A DNA stretch of 64,000 nucleotides from Tubulanus polymorphus (taxonomy: Eukaryota > Animalia > Nemertea): contig NC_134032.1 of NCBI RefSeq assembly GCF_964204645.1, forward strand, positions 8,110,275-8,174,274, given 5' to 3'. Both the position numbers and the translations under genes were made by a program. Below the pieces are notes generated by a model. The model saw nothing but the letters and a program-made list of their open reading frames with translations. It was not told the DNA's origin and ran no database searches. Positions 41,601 through 53,593 of the stretch are shown here, piece by piece (position 1 is the stretch's first letter; every line of letters begins with the position of its first letter).

Positions 41601-44600
41601 CCAAAAAAATGTTAAATTTGCCTGAAATTTTAAGGGAAATGAAAAATATGAATCAGACCCTGGATCCACCCATGGTTGCAAAGTCATTGCTTAGATTTAA
41701 GACCAGTCAAAGACTAACTTAGTTCTATAGCCAATCTAACAACTTATGACCAGTCTTAAGATTTAAGACCAATTTTGGACTTAAGTCGCTAGTGCAACTG
41801 GCCCCTGGAGTTCTTGAGGGACATTTATATTTTATGATTATTGTACATCATTACTGTTATTTTATCTCTCTGATGATGAAAGCTTAGTTTCAAGAACCTG
41901 TCAAAATAATTTGTTATATCATCAACACTGCAGGTTTTGCTCAATAGCTCAGTTTTTGTAAAAAAAATAGGTTACACGAAAACGTTTTTCAAGATTCTAA
42001 GGATATCTTCATATCCTTTTTATTTCATTTAAGGAATCGATAAATTCATTTTTATCACAATTTCTCACATTCATTTCATTTGCAAAATATATCTAAACAT
42101 CATGAAAATCACAAACGTAATTTCTTCATACCGTGTTATTCTACTAAATAATGTTTTTGTTGAAAATACCCAGTTTATACCCAAACAATACAATTGGATA
42201 TCTAATATCATCGTTTCGAATAATCATTTTACGCAATTCTTTAAAAATATTTCAATGAAGCACAAAATGAATGCATCCCTTGAGCTAATCAATACCTTTT
42301 ATGTCCGCGGGCATTTCCGTTTACTTGACTGGCACGGTTCCCTGCTTCTAAAGCGATTACATTTTCGACGGTTAAAGGTCCCTGAAACAGATCGAACGGA
42401 AAAAGTTGTCCGACAAAATTGCAAGAAAGAGTTGAGGCAAAAACGTGTACCGGAAAACTTTGAATACAAAGGTTAGTTAATACTTTTTGTTAGGAAGTTA
42501 GTTTTTTAAATGAATACTAAAAGAAAAGCTGATTTGGTCAGAGAAAAACTAAACAAACTAAGAGATAGCAGCCTAAGATAATTTATTTCTCAAACTCTTA
42601 CTGAGTATTTGAAACCGATACCAGCTCGCAGTAGAATTTTACCAGTCTCAACTTTACCGAGTAAGAGACCAGGCTTGGTTCCATCGTCAGGGTTATAGAC
42701 TTAACACCAGTCTAAGACCATCTTAGTTCTGTAGCCAATCTAACTCAAGACCAGACTTAGGCTTTAAAACCACTTTTTGTCTCAACTACCGTATCCCTCA
42801 ACTATGAAACCTAACACTAACTTGGGATAGACTTTTTTACTGGTTTACTGGTTTCTCAAACACTTACTCAGCATTTGACACAAACTCAGGGTAGATTTTA
42901 ATTAGTCTAAACTTTACCAAGTAAGGGAAATTACTGTACAAGTATTTCACAGGCTCTTACTAGGAATTTGACCCCAACTAATAGGGGTAGAATTTTACCA
43001 ACTCAACTTGACCTAGTAAGAGACAGAGTACACCCTATTTCATAAGCTCTTACTCTGTATTCTACACCAACTAGGGGTAAAATTTTACCAGTGTCAACTT
43101 GACCGCAGTAAGAGACTTGAGTCTACTGAAGTTTTCAAAACTCAAATTTTCATTTTTTTCTCTCAAAATGTTGTTAGAAATTAGTGATTCTTACCACGTG
43201 AGACACATTTTTCTTGATCATACTCACAGAGGTGATGTTTTCATCATCGGGTAAACTGAAAATACATATTCACGTAAACGCACGGCGTCGACTACGAACT
43301 CCGAGCGCCGTAGTTCCTCATTACGCAACTCGGTGCTAGTAATTACAAGCTTCATTGTGATCGTGAAATTATCTTGCAAAGATTTCGTGATTTTTTAGTA
43401 ACCCAATCGTGAACCGATTGTGTGAAATATAACCCGCATTCAACTGCAGAAATGGGTCCAGAGTCAAATGAAACCTACTCGACTGTGGGACTAATTTCAA
43501 AGTCAAAATTAACCCTCACAATTCTGTAGAACTGTCCCAGGGAAAAATTAAATTCACAGTCAACAGTCCACAGTTGAACCCTCACAACCAGAGTCAAATG
43601 AAACCCACATAACTGTGGAACTTGGCCCAGAGAAAAATCAAACCCGCACAACTGTGGAACTGACTGTATGCATAGTCAAAATACACCCACTCAACCGTGG
43701 AATTGGACCCGCCACAGTCAAATGAAGCCCGCTGAACTGTGGATTCAGACTGAAATTGGACTCACGCAATATTGGATACGGAATCGAATTAAACTGACAA
43801 ACGTGGAAACCCGGTGTCCAGGTCAAATTGCAGGATAAGTCCGTGAGCATTTTAGATTTTCAAACTGTTTAGTACTCGAAATTACACGAATATTCTACGT
43901 TACGAAAAGACGATAAATTAAGAGTTAGATAAATGAACTTACTCGGGTTTCGGCATTTTCTTGCACGATATACACAGAGTTAGTAGTATTAGAATCACAA
44001 TGACACTGACCACACCGACAGTCGTTACGAACAACAACGACACCGGTAAACGGCCGTCATCGTTACGTTCTTCGACGGCAACCGACAAAAGTTTTCTACC
44101 TATGCCTCGTATCACAGGGATAGCGTCTGAAAGGATGAAGAACGAATTCATTTCTACTTCGAACACAAAGATTTTGATGGATAATTTTGCTGCATTCGTA
44201 AGTGTATGATGTATGCGCAACTCTGGAAAACAAATTTTCATTATTCGGTGAAAAGATTTGGAGATTTTGCTGTATTCCAAAAAAAAAAAACAGTCTTTTT
44301 AAACTTCTTAAAAATTTTCATAAACGATATGTAAAAAAATATCTACCGAATTCGTTAAAAACATCTGCGATTTTCCAAAAAAAAAGGTTGCCAAAACATA
44401 TCTTTTCACAGAATTCATAATTCAAAAAGAATCACGTCTTTTTTTACCTTCTTTCATTTCAAAGTTCACACAATATGGAAGTCCATCATCACATGTCATC
44501 ACAAATTGCTAAAAAAAATCAGAGAAAACCATCAGGTATCATTTCAGCTACAACCAGGGTCGGGTTCCACAAAGCGGGGTCAGGCTGGGTTTAGGGGCCG

Positions 44601-45839
44601 TGCATAAAGTACGTCGCATCTTCGTCAGAACGTCACAATCAAGGGGCCAGTTGCCCGAGAAAGTTTGATAATAACAGCAGGGGTCTACTGACGAACTATG
44701 AAATTCATATTTTTTCAACACAATGTGTCTTCAAAAATGTCCTCATTGAAAGGGGCTTAAAAGGGAAAATTGACTCCATATTTTGACAATAAGTTTAACC
44801 CTTTCAGGGCTGACTAATTAAAACCCTATAGTGCTAGAGATAATTTTGAAATTTTTGAAAATTCCACCCGTGTGTCCAATAACGGGAGTACCACTAAAGT
44901 GCCTCTACACCGCGGTGCAGTGTATCGTTAGTTACTAGTATTTCACTTATGACAGGTGCTGCCATTTTTCAAGAAATATTTACTAATTACATCAATACAC
45001 CGCAGTGCGGTGTACTAGCAATATCTATCACTGATTTATACACCGCACTGCGGTGTAGACACTGAAAGGGTTATCAATATGTTTCCATGCCTACATACCA
45101 AACTTCAGTTGGTAGGCATGGAAACATATTGATAAACTTATTGTCAAATTATGGAGTCAATTTTCTCTCATGAGCCCCTTTTCGGTGCAGACATTCTTTT
45201 TAGGCCTATATCCTTCAATAAATCAATGTTTAAGGACCACTGTCAGTGCTTTCTGGTCATAATAAGACTTTTATCAAGTATGTATCATCTTAACAGACCG
45301 AGCTAGGCCATCCAGTATGCTCTCAAGTCAGGTTGAAATAGACATTAGTAGAGATCATGACTTACCCAGGGAGAGGGGTTACGGTTCAACCGCTTGGTAA
45401 CATGCAGAGGTCTAAAATTCTGAGGCAAATCACTGACACCATCATTCCGAAACCGACATTTCAACACGACCGGACTCCGCTGCTGAAGCAAAACCAGATC
45501 GTTGACATCAGCAATCACGCGAAATATCCATAAATCGTTAGGCCTACGGCCAACCACAATTCTACTGCTGCTGGTGCCATTCAATAAAATCCATCGTCTA
45601 CAAGGCTTAGACCGTGGCGAGAACGTTTTCCCATACCCCGTGGTGAGGATATTTCTGCGGCGACGATTCTCAGCTAAAACCAGACTTTCCTTCTCGCCCG
45701 ATATAGAATACACCGTCAAAATCCGCCGGGATTTCGGGGAAAACCGATTCGAGCTCTGGTCAGGGACGACCAATTGACAGATTAGAAAAAGCTCGATTAC
45801 TACGAGCAGAATCGTTCCAGGCACCCCAAACGGGGCCAT
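35615..45839 (-). CDS. Single-pass palmitoylated tyrosine-rich transmembrane adaptor, PAG1/Cbp-like, ~1094 aa
   Basis: Exons 45366-45839, 44448-44508, 43943-44126, 43228-43255, 41179-41544, 39970-40642, 39097-39311, 38658-38763, 37560-37670, 35615-36681; phases consistent, 3285 nt. Hydrophobic N-terminus; TM LLFVTTVGVVSVIVILILLTL followed by CISCKK; RRLPDPP. About 20 Tyr motifs (YAII, YAVV, YSEV, YASL, YSQV, YEPI, YSDI, YAQI, YATL, YEKV). C-terminus YEPIS...VTSL*. Confidence 0.8.
42590..43130. repeat. Degenerate intronic tandem repeat
   Basis: Recurring GGGTAGAATTTTACCA..CTCAACTT..CC..AGTAAGAGAC..CTCTTACT units. Confidence 0.55.
44733..45200. mobile_element. Palindromic MITE containing a nested piggyBac-type MITE (44799-45070)
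   Basis: Outer arms AAAATTGACTCCATA..TTGACAATAAGTTT and AAACTTATTGTCAAA..TATGGAGTCAATTTT. Inner element CCCTTTCAG...CTGAAAGGG flanked by TTAA and TTAT. Confidence 0.75.
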
Positions 45840-45949
45840 TGTGTGGTAATAGACCAGACCAAAGCGGCCCTAATCGTTTCCGAATCTAAAACAGCATACG
45901 ACGCCGATTAGAAATCATTTTTCGCCGAAGAAAATGAATTTTTCATTCA

Positions 45950-46330
45950 GAATTTCAATGGCGGCCATCTTTGTTTTTATGACAGATGGCGCCGCAATCA
46001 GTCACATAATTTTCCATTTTCTAGAAAATTTCATTTCTAATTTTTTTTCACATATCTATATTTCGAGCTCAAAATTTTTCAAAAATATTGACTTTGAATT
46101 GTTTAGATATTTAAGAATACATTTTTCTATGCGTCCCATTCATAAATAGCAGGCTCCGCCTATTTTCCATATTTAGAAAATGACGTAGCCGAATCAGTCT
46201 ATGATTGGCTAAATGTTGCGTCACATTGCCGCTAGATTACACGATTTACTACGGATAGTAACGTTTACGCATACACCGGCATTTATCATTCGAACGTCAA
46301 ATACGGACTCTCAAAACAACAAACTACGGT
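45950..46330. promoter_or_regulatory. Probable bidirectional promoter between the adaptor gene and the AAC4-like gene
   Basis: YY1-like GGCGGCCATCTT and GATGGCG, GC-box-like CTCCGCCT, CRE half-site TGACGT, reverse CCAAT (GATTGGC). Plus-strand donor-like site ACG|GTATGT at 46327/8 and minus-strand acceptor near 45886. Confidence 0.45.
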
Positions 46331-47591
46331 ATGTGTAAGCTTACCTTCTTTTAAATCTCTTAATTCTTTGAATAGCCGGTTACATGTCATTTTTAAAATA
46401 AATTCGAAATTGATCTGAAAATGAACTGGATAATGGACTGCTCAATGCAATGATGCTTCATAGTTTGGGAGGCCGCCCTTTTTAATCTTGGAGTACCATG
46501 AGTACGGATCCGCGCTCCCGTATTTTCGCAAAAGATTAAAAATTCAAAAAGAATTTTTTTCTGCAGTCTTTCCGAAGTTTTACCGGAAAACCGCTTAACA
46601 TAAAAATGGTTTTTTCATTTTCCCCTGCCATTTTTAAAATGGCATTGGTGGCGCTGGTGAATGACAAACAAATTAACAATTAAGCAACGGAGTAACAAGC
46701 GAGTGGCAATTAGCAATTGATAAAATCAATCGTATTTGGCAACTAGCAAATGACATGACGACCCTGGAATTCCGTAGAATACCGGGTTTGATTTATTCAG
46801 CAAAAGATACTTAAGAAGCCCGATGCATCTCAAAAATCTAACCGTTGCCGGAGAAAATTCTAAAAGGGGATAATTGATTGATAATGAGAGATGGCAGCCA
46901 GTTATACCTACCCGCATAAGTGGTTCGGTGGCAGTAGACAATTTTTCTTGAAAACGATTCAGCAGCGCATGGCAACATTTTTCATTGTATTCTCTTTTGA
47001 CGTCGTTTAAAAACTGTTATGAGATAATGTTTGTACATGATAATACATGCGGATTGATACCTACAGTGCGGGGGCCGGTGTCTGGGTCGATGTGGACTAC
47101 GTCATCAATATTGGCGTAAAATAACAGTTACAATTGTAACTTAAGCGTTTACTTTTTTTGATAAGATATATTTCATAACTCTTCTTATTTTGGATAAATT
47201 ATAATGTTTGATTATCTATTGAGAGGACGCGCACTGCCGCATCATCAATATATCAGAGCTAGACTGGTTGCCGGTCAATTCAATTCAATTATATCGATAT
47301 ATTCAAATCCAATAACTTCATTGATCCTTAATATCATTGCACATTATCTTACTCAAGCAATATATGTGCTATTTTTCAAGGCATCAATAAACGTTCATGT
47401 TAGTTTTCTTTGTTTCGTCTTCTCGAATCTAAAAGCGTCTTTTTCAAAGACTTTCTCTTTTCAAAGTTTCGAAAAAGATTTAAGTTTCTAAATTTCTGTT
47501 CTTAAAATGAGATAAAAATTCATAACCAAAATTTTAAATTTTTTAGGTCAGCGAGGAATCAGTTTTTATCATTCTGGTCGAGAGATAACCA

Positions 47592-49512
47592 ATGACGAAC
47601 TCAGTCGAAATGCACCAAAAACATCAACCCCCCTCGAATATATCATCGATATTGTCTGCTACGCAAATCGGGCATCATCCTCGTCATCGACACAAGCATC
47701 GAACCCGGAACACCCGAGATTTGCGACGACACAAGAGCACCTTACGAGTTTCTCGACAGTGGGAGTCTGGGTGCGGTATTTACGGTCAACGGCCTCTCGG
47801 CGAAGAACGACCGCAACCTCCAGGGATTGTCGACGACGAATGGAAACTTAATATCTCACCGGCAGAAAGCCCAGACTTCTCCGCCGCAGATTCGCGCCCT
47901 GAATTTGTACATCGGCCAAAATTTCTCCGTCGCGCTGGATGAAGACTGGATTCGCTTTCGTAGACAGGTTAACGACGTCGCTAACGACGGTTTCGTCGTC
48001 TGTCGATTCGAACAGTTCAAATTGTTTGATGAAATGCGTCTGTCCGCGGCGGCGCTAAAACTACGGGATGAACCGAACGCCGGCGGTAACTCGGTCGTGT
48101 CCGAGGTCTTATCGTATGAACTGCTAGCAAAATGTTTCGGCGCGCGATTACAAAAGGTAGATTGTAAGAATCCTCGACGTATAGAAGAACCCCCCGCTGG
48201 TAGTTTCTAGAGAAAAGCTGATATAGATGTTTCCTACAGGGGTAGATTCGAGGGGGGTTAAATCAACCTATTTACTATTCCTAATTAGAATTCTTCGTCT
48301 GTGGAATGCCCTGCCTATCGACGTCAAGAGACGTGCTCATCAAATGCTTTTAAATGTCCATTGAAAACCCATCTTTTTAGAAAACATTTTGACCACATCA
48401 CTCTTTCACTGTTTTTGTACTGCTTACGTAATCACATTTCGTGCTTTATTCAATTGAATCTTGGTTTTTCTGAACAGTGCCTCAACGCTTTTGGGAATAA
48501 GGTGCTGTATATGATTTAGATAACATTGATAATGAATTAGTTGGTGACAAAATTCACAAATTAATTGATATTTGAATAACATAGTTTCATCCTCGTTATA
48601 AATTCCTAAATAGTTGTGTAATATGTACGTAGCATGTTACAGAAAACTGCGTCTGTTTGATATTGGAGGAAAGCGATCGATAAAAAATCCAACTGTTGTC
48701 CGAAACTGAAAATAGTATCTATAAAAGTTCACTAAATATCGTTTTCTTAATCCTCCGATTTTTCAGACCGAAATGGAGGTATCGTATTTTCCGCTAGGGG
48801 GCGCTATGACCGATTATACGTGTCGTATCCAGGAAACGGCGTTGGGAGTGTCAGTAACCAGGGCGTTGAGATACCGAGCAGATTTCGACGAACAAGACGC
48901 CGAGAGACTTCTGAACAAAAAACTGCAAGGTAGGTTTGAGCCTCGGTTGACAAGCCTACTGTATTCGAACAGCAAATTCTGCTTGACGTTATCAGACAAA
49001 AAGAATCCCACGATGATAGCGAAAAGAATTAATTGCATTCTAAAATTTTTGAAAACGTATCTGAACAACATGCTAAATGATGACAATCATTGGTAGTGAA
49101 CCAATCATTTTAGCTTAATTTTAGCCAATCAGCTTAATTGAAGCGGTGGCTCCTACGTAGAAGTGTGGTCTTCCAGTCAGAACAATTATTTTTTGGAATC
49201 GATAACTTACCCTGTTAACTCCGTCGGTGGTCACACCGTGAATGAATTGAGAATGATTTTCGTTTTCTGTTTTATTTATATTAAAAAGGTGTTATTAAAT
49301 CGTCAGCCACGGCTCAGGAGAAATGGAGTAAACAAATTTTACACGTGTGGGCGACTTCTCAACGCGTTGCCGAATTACTTAGAACAGCGTATAGAGATCG
49401 GGTTTCCATGGAAACCAAATCGAATACAGTCGTTTTGGTTACGGTTACCGAATCTGAAATTTCGAACGAAATATTTTTTGACAGATTTAAGAGAATGTTA
49501 CCTCATGGTTAG
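47592..49512 (+). CDS. AAC4-like protein (Dictyostelium AAC-rich mRNA clone AAC4 family); start/frame anomalous
   Basis: Exons ..-48156, 48767-48929, 49289-49512. Conserved blocks PNAGGNSVVSEVLSYELL..CFGA.L.KTEMEV.YFP.GG..TDY..GVSVTRA..LL.KKL.G..KQILHVW. The conserved frame is open from 47596 but has no AUG until 48034. Confidence 0.75.
48297..48520 (+). mobile_element. L2-like LINE 3' remnant in intron
   Basis: LWNALP...FKCPLKTHLF (with frameshift) followed by a short 3' tail. Confidence 0.5.
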
Positions 49513-50289
49513 AGGATGAAATTATGCCCAATATTGCACCCGTATTGTGGAGCCTTCGTAACTTGCCATTTTGCCGCAGGATGCCCAACTGCACAAGCGA
49601 CACCGGTTGGATCCTCACTTGCCACGTCTTATAGAATCCTCTATTTCCACAGTACAGTCACACACTAGCGAACCTGGTGGATCCTCTATTTTGTTACAAG
49701 TGGAATCGTTTTGCTACAACAGTAACTGTTGACGTCCCATAGAAACTTTGCCACCGGTTGGCGTGGTCTGCGCACCATGCATGAACAAGTCTTTAGTACC
49801 GAATGAAAGATACTGGCCGCGTGAATGCTTTAGGATCAAATTTTTGCCGATACGATAAATTTTGGAAATATCGTATATCGTATAAATAGAGATTTCTACA
49901 ACGAGTCCGACCTCAGATTCGATTTCCTTTAAGAAAAATACCCTGGATTTTTAGAAAGAAAATCTTATTTCGAACCTAAACTGTTATCTTACTAAGATTT
50001 AGAAAAGGGATAAAACCCTTGAACAAGATCGGGGATCGGGTAATTGTAGTCCTATCAGTTGTTTAATTCAATTCAATTCAATTTTTATTATCATAAAATC
50101 ATGCACGATTGTTGATTAACAGATAATGGTGTCTAGGCCTACTCGACTAGTTCTACGATGTTTTGGACCCCGAATTCCCGGATTAAGACTTTAATACACA
50201 CAGTATTCCAATACGATCAAAATATATTCATTCAAATTTTGTTTGTGATTTAATGTTTCAAGATGTCTATTATGATTCCTTTGAAATTG

Positions 50290-51129
50290 AACGTGTCCAC
50301 ACTACCAATTTTTTGGGGGTTTTAATAGATGAAAAACTGTCATGGGATGATCACATAAAATCTGTATGTAAAAAAGCAAGTTGTCTTCCAATTCTTTACG
50401 TACCTTGTATTTATCCTTAATAGACCCATATCTTCAATATTGTAACATTGTTTGGGGAAGAACTTCCTGATTATAAACTGCATCCATTAACAATTCTACA
50501 AAAACGTGCTGTCCGTTTGGTCAGCAAATCCCATTATTTAGAACACACTGATCCAATTTTTGCTCGGTTAAATATACTTGAAATTAAGAATATTAACAAA
50601 CTCCAACTAGCTATTTTTGTACATAAATTCGTCAATTCAAAATTGCCTAGGACCTTTCACAACTATTGGAACTTCAATTATCAAATTCATAGTAAACCTA
50701 CGCATAATAGATTTAGAATAAGATTGCCTTATTTTAGAACTGTAACTAGAAAATCTTCTGTCAAAATATCCGGTCCCCTATTATGGAACACTCTATCTGA
50801 ATCAATTCAAACTATTCAAAGCGAACCTGCCTTTAAGCGTACCTACATCAAATCATTATTCACACTTTGTAAATTTTCATTCTATACAAACCTATGTTAA
50901 TGTGTAATATGTGAAACTTTTTTTTTTCTTTTCGCCTGTAAATTACTTGTGTGCATGATGTGTGAGAGTGATGAATGTGGTGTGGATGCTTCTGGGTGAT
51001 ACGGCTTAGATAGACTGTTTCAGTCTCTCCGTGTAGCCCTATTATCCTGTTACATTTTTCTTCGTCTAATCGTACTTATTATATCGATCAATAATGTAAC
51101 ATCGTAATGAAAATAAATTTCAATTTCAA
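50290..51129 (+). mobile_element. 5'-truncated CR1/L2-group LINE (RT C-terminus plus 3'UTR)
   Basis: FLGVLIDEKLSWDDHI..; LQKRAVR..HTDPIF..LNIL; GPLLWNTL..FKR. Ends AATAAA-TTTCAATTTCAA. Confidence 0.8.
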
Positions 51130-51202
51130 CGCAACTCTAGGCTACTTGTTCGGTACAGAGATAATAAGATCTCCCTTCTGTACGTATTTTACATGATTCT
51201 GC

Positions 51203-52219
51203 TCATCTACGTCGCGGGCAACCTTTGAATGCGAGCGATCGGAACTTTTTACTAGATAAACAGTAAACAACAAAATTGACAGAGGAATCAATCTGAACAA
51301 ACATAGCCGCCACAAAGAAGAAATCAAGATTTGGGATGAAACCTCTGAAATTAAAAAATTTATTAAGCAATTTGTGCACAGCCATTGGCATTTCGAGTAA
51401 AGCAAACGTTGTTACAACTGAAATCGCTAATAAAACAGCTTGGTTATCATTAATTTTTTGAGTGCTTATTTCCGAGCGCCTTTTAGACGCTATATACAGT
51501 GAATATACTAGTATTATGTTTGCGAGAAATATACCAAAAAATGGTACAAATATGCCTGAGAAGTGCATGAGATTAATTGTCTTTTGAATTCGGAGAGAGG
51601 GGCGCATTTCAATCCGAAGGTTTTCTCTAAAAGGGCAAACAACGTGAATCTGTTCAACACCTCTGACAAAATACTGCCAGCCTTGAGTAACTACACTCAA
51701 AATAACTATCAATGATAAACAAATGTTACACGTCGATTTAGTACAGATGAGTTTGGACTTTAATGGAAAGAACACGACAATCAATCGTTCTAAACTGATC
51801 AACATAGTTAGTAGATTTCTAATCATTTTAGAAATTCCTTGCACCATGTTTGTGTGGCGGTGGTGAATTGAACCAATGAAATGATTGCGGCCAAAATAAT
51901 AAATGTTCTGGCCGTACGTAAGCATGCCGTCGAAATATCTTCCAGACTTTGAAACAGCTGTACCCAGTAGAAACATATTATCCGCTATCGTTAGCTGACG
52001 TAAAATGTAATACGTGGTTATTACACTTTTAAAACGAAATAGAACGAAATACGTGTAAGCATTAAGGAAAAATCCAGTAGTCCACACTACAGGAAAACAG
52101 TAAACAAACACGATTACTATGTTGACAATTTCCTTGTTGACTGGACAAATTTCCTCAAATGTAGCATTGGGCCATGTCGCATTTCCTTCGTCACTAACCG
52201 CTGGTGTTTTCAGGAACAT
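51203..52219 (-). CDS. Intronless class A GPCR, FMRFamide/peptide-receptor-like
   Basis: Seven hydrophobic segments; N-terminal NAT glycosylation sites; G..LN, LTIAD, SLERLIVVFFPLK, EMP, SVNFVVYCLSSKKFR. First ATG at 52219 (the ORF track extends to a TTG at 52369). Confidence 0.88.
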   Translation of the reverse strand: MFLKTPAVSDEGNATWPNATFEEICPVNKEIVNIVIVFVYCFPVVWTTGFFLNAYTYFVLFRFKSVITTYYILRQLTIADNMFLLGTAVSKSGRYFDGMLTYGQNIYYFGRNHFIGSIHHRHTNMVQGISKMIRNLLTMLISLERLIVVFFPLKSKLICTKSTCNICLSLIVILSVVTQGWQYFVRGVEQIHVVCPFRENLRIEMRPSLRIQKTINLMHFSGIFVPFFGIFLANIILVYSLYIASKRRSEISTQKINDNQAVLLAISVVTTFALLEMPMAVHKLLNKFFNFRGFIPNLDFFFVAAMFVQIDSSVNFVVYCLSSKKFRSLAFKGCPRRR

Positions 52220-52643
52220 ACCCAGGTTTCTAGAAAGACTCCGACCTCTGATTAACTTTCGACAGACGGTCTGGTAATTTCTGAATGGATACGCCTTTAT
52301 GATTTCAATAGAAAAGCCCTTTTGAAACTGAATCGACCAAAGACACGTGCCGTATAGCGGAAACGTCAATTCTGGCTAATTTTCATCCCATGATCTTCAA
52401 CATAAATGCATTTAGCGCATTTCTTCGTTTCCATTCATCTATTCAGACATAGATATATTCCCTTTGTTATCTTATAAAAGCCCATGATACATTTTGAGTG
52501 TAATGTCAGGCCACTATAAATAGTATATATAATTTGTGCCAGCGTGGTTTATTGCATCGGCAGAAGTGCCTGGGCAGTGATATTAACACATAAGGAATTG
52601 TGTTAATTCGACCGGTATTTCCAAAATAACAGGCCCGTGAGTA

Positions 52644-52759
52644 AATAGGAATAAGTTGGTTCAGGCCAAAGATCGAAGGGTCGAAAAAATAAATTCTCGC
52701 ACACTCGAATTTATTTTTTCAACCCTTCAACTTTCAACCTGAACCAACTTATTCCTATT
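52644..52759. repeat. ~115-bp hairpin / mini-MITE
   Basis: AATAGGAATAAGTTGGTTCAGG ... CCTGAACCAACTTATTCCTATT, with inner arms AAAAAATAAATTC and GAATTTATTTTTT. Confidence 0.75.
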
Positions 52760-52863
52760 GAGTCTAATAATATTCATATTTATGAATATCATATAAATTA
52801 TATTAAATGAAATCAATTTTAATAAAAAATTTGATATTAAAATGGAAGCAAATAAGAAGTACT

Positions 52864-53593
52864 TATGGTGGCTGATAAGGGCCATAGCGTAAAATTCCTG
52901 GTATGCAAATGAGGGCGCCAGAACGCCAGAACGCCAAAACGAAAAAAACGTCCAATTTTCTCTAAAAGTTCGTTTTGGCGCGCCAAAACAACGAATATTC
53001 CGTTTTGGCGCCCCCGCCAAAACGAACTTTCATTTTGGCGCCCCCGCCAAAACAACGAAAAACGTCCAATTTTCTCTAAAAGTTCGTTTTGGAGCGCCAA
53101 AACAAAGAAAATTCCGTTTTGGCGCCCCCGCCAAAACGAACTTTCATTTTGGCGCCCCCGCCAAAACGAACTTTCGTTTTGGCGCCCCCGCCAAAACAAC
53201 GAAAAACGTCGAAATTTCTCTAAAAGTTCGTTTTGGCGCGCCAAAACAACGAATATTCCGTTTTGGTGCCCCCGCCAAAACGAACTTTCATTTTGGCGCC
53301 CCCGCCAAAACGAACTTTCGTTTTGGCGCCCCCGCCAAAACAACGAAAAACGTCCAATTTTCTCTAAAAGTTCGTTTTGGCGCGCCAAAACAAAGAAAAT
53401 TCCGTTTTGGCGCCCCCGCCAAAACGAACTTTCATTTTGGCACCCCCGCCAAAACGAAATTTTCTTTGTTTTGGCGCGCCAAAACGAACTTTTAGAGAAA
53501 ATTGGAGGTTTTTTTCGTTTTGGCGTTCTGGCGTTCTGGCGCCCTCATTTACATACCAGGAATTTTACGCTATGGCCCTTATCAGCCACCATA
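52864..53593. mobile_element. Foldback MITE with ~125-bp TIRs and TTTTGGCGC..GCCAAAA arrays (copy 2)
   Basis: Same TIRs as 26383-26848. About 15 units at 30/54-bp spacing. AGTACT duplicated at 52858-63 and 53594-99. Confidence 0.92.
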
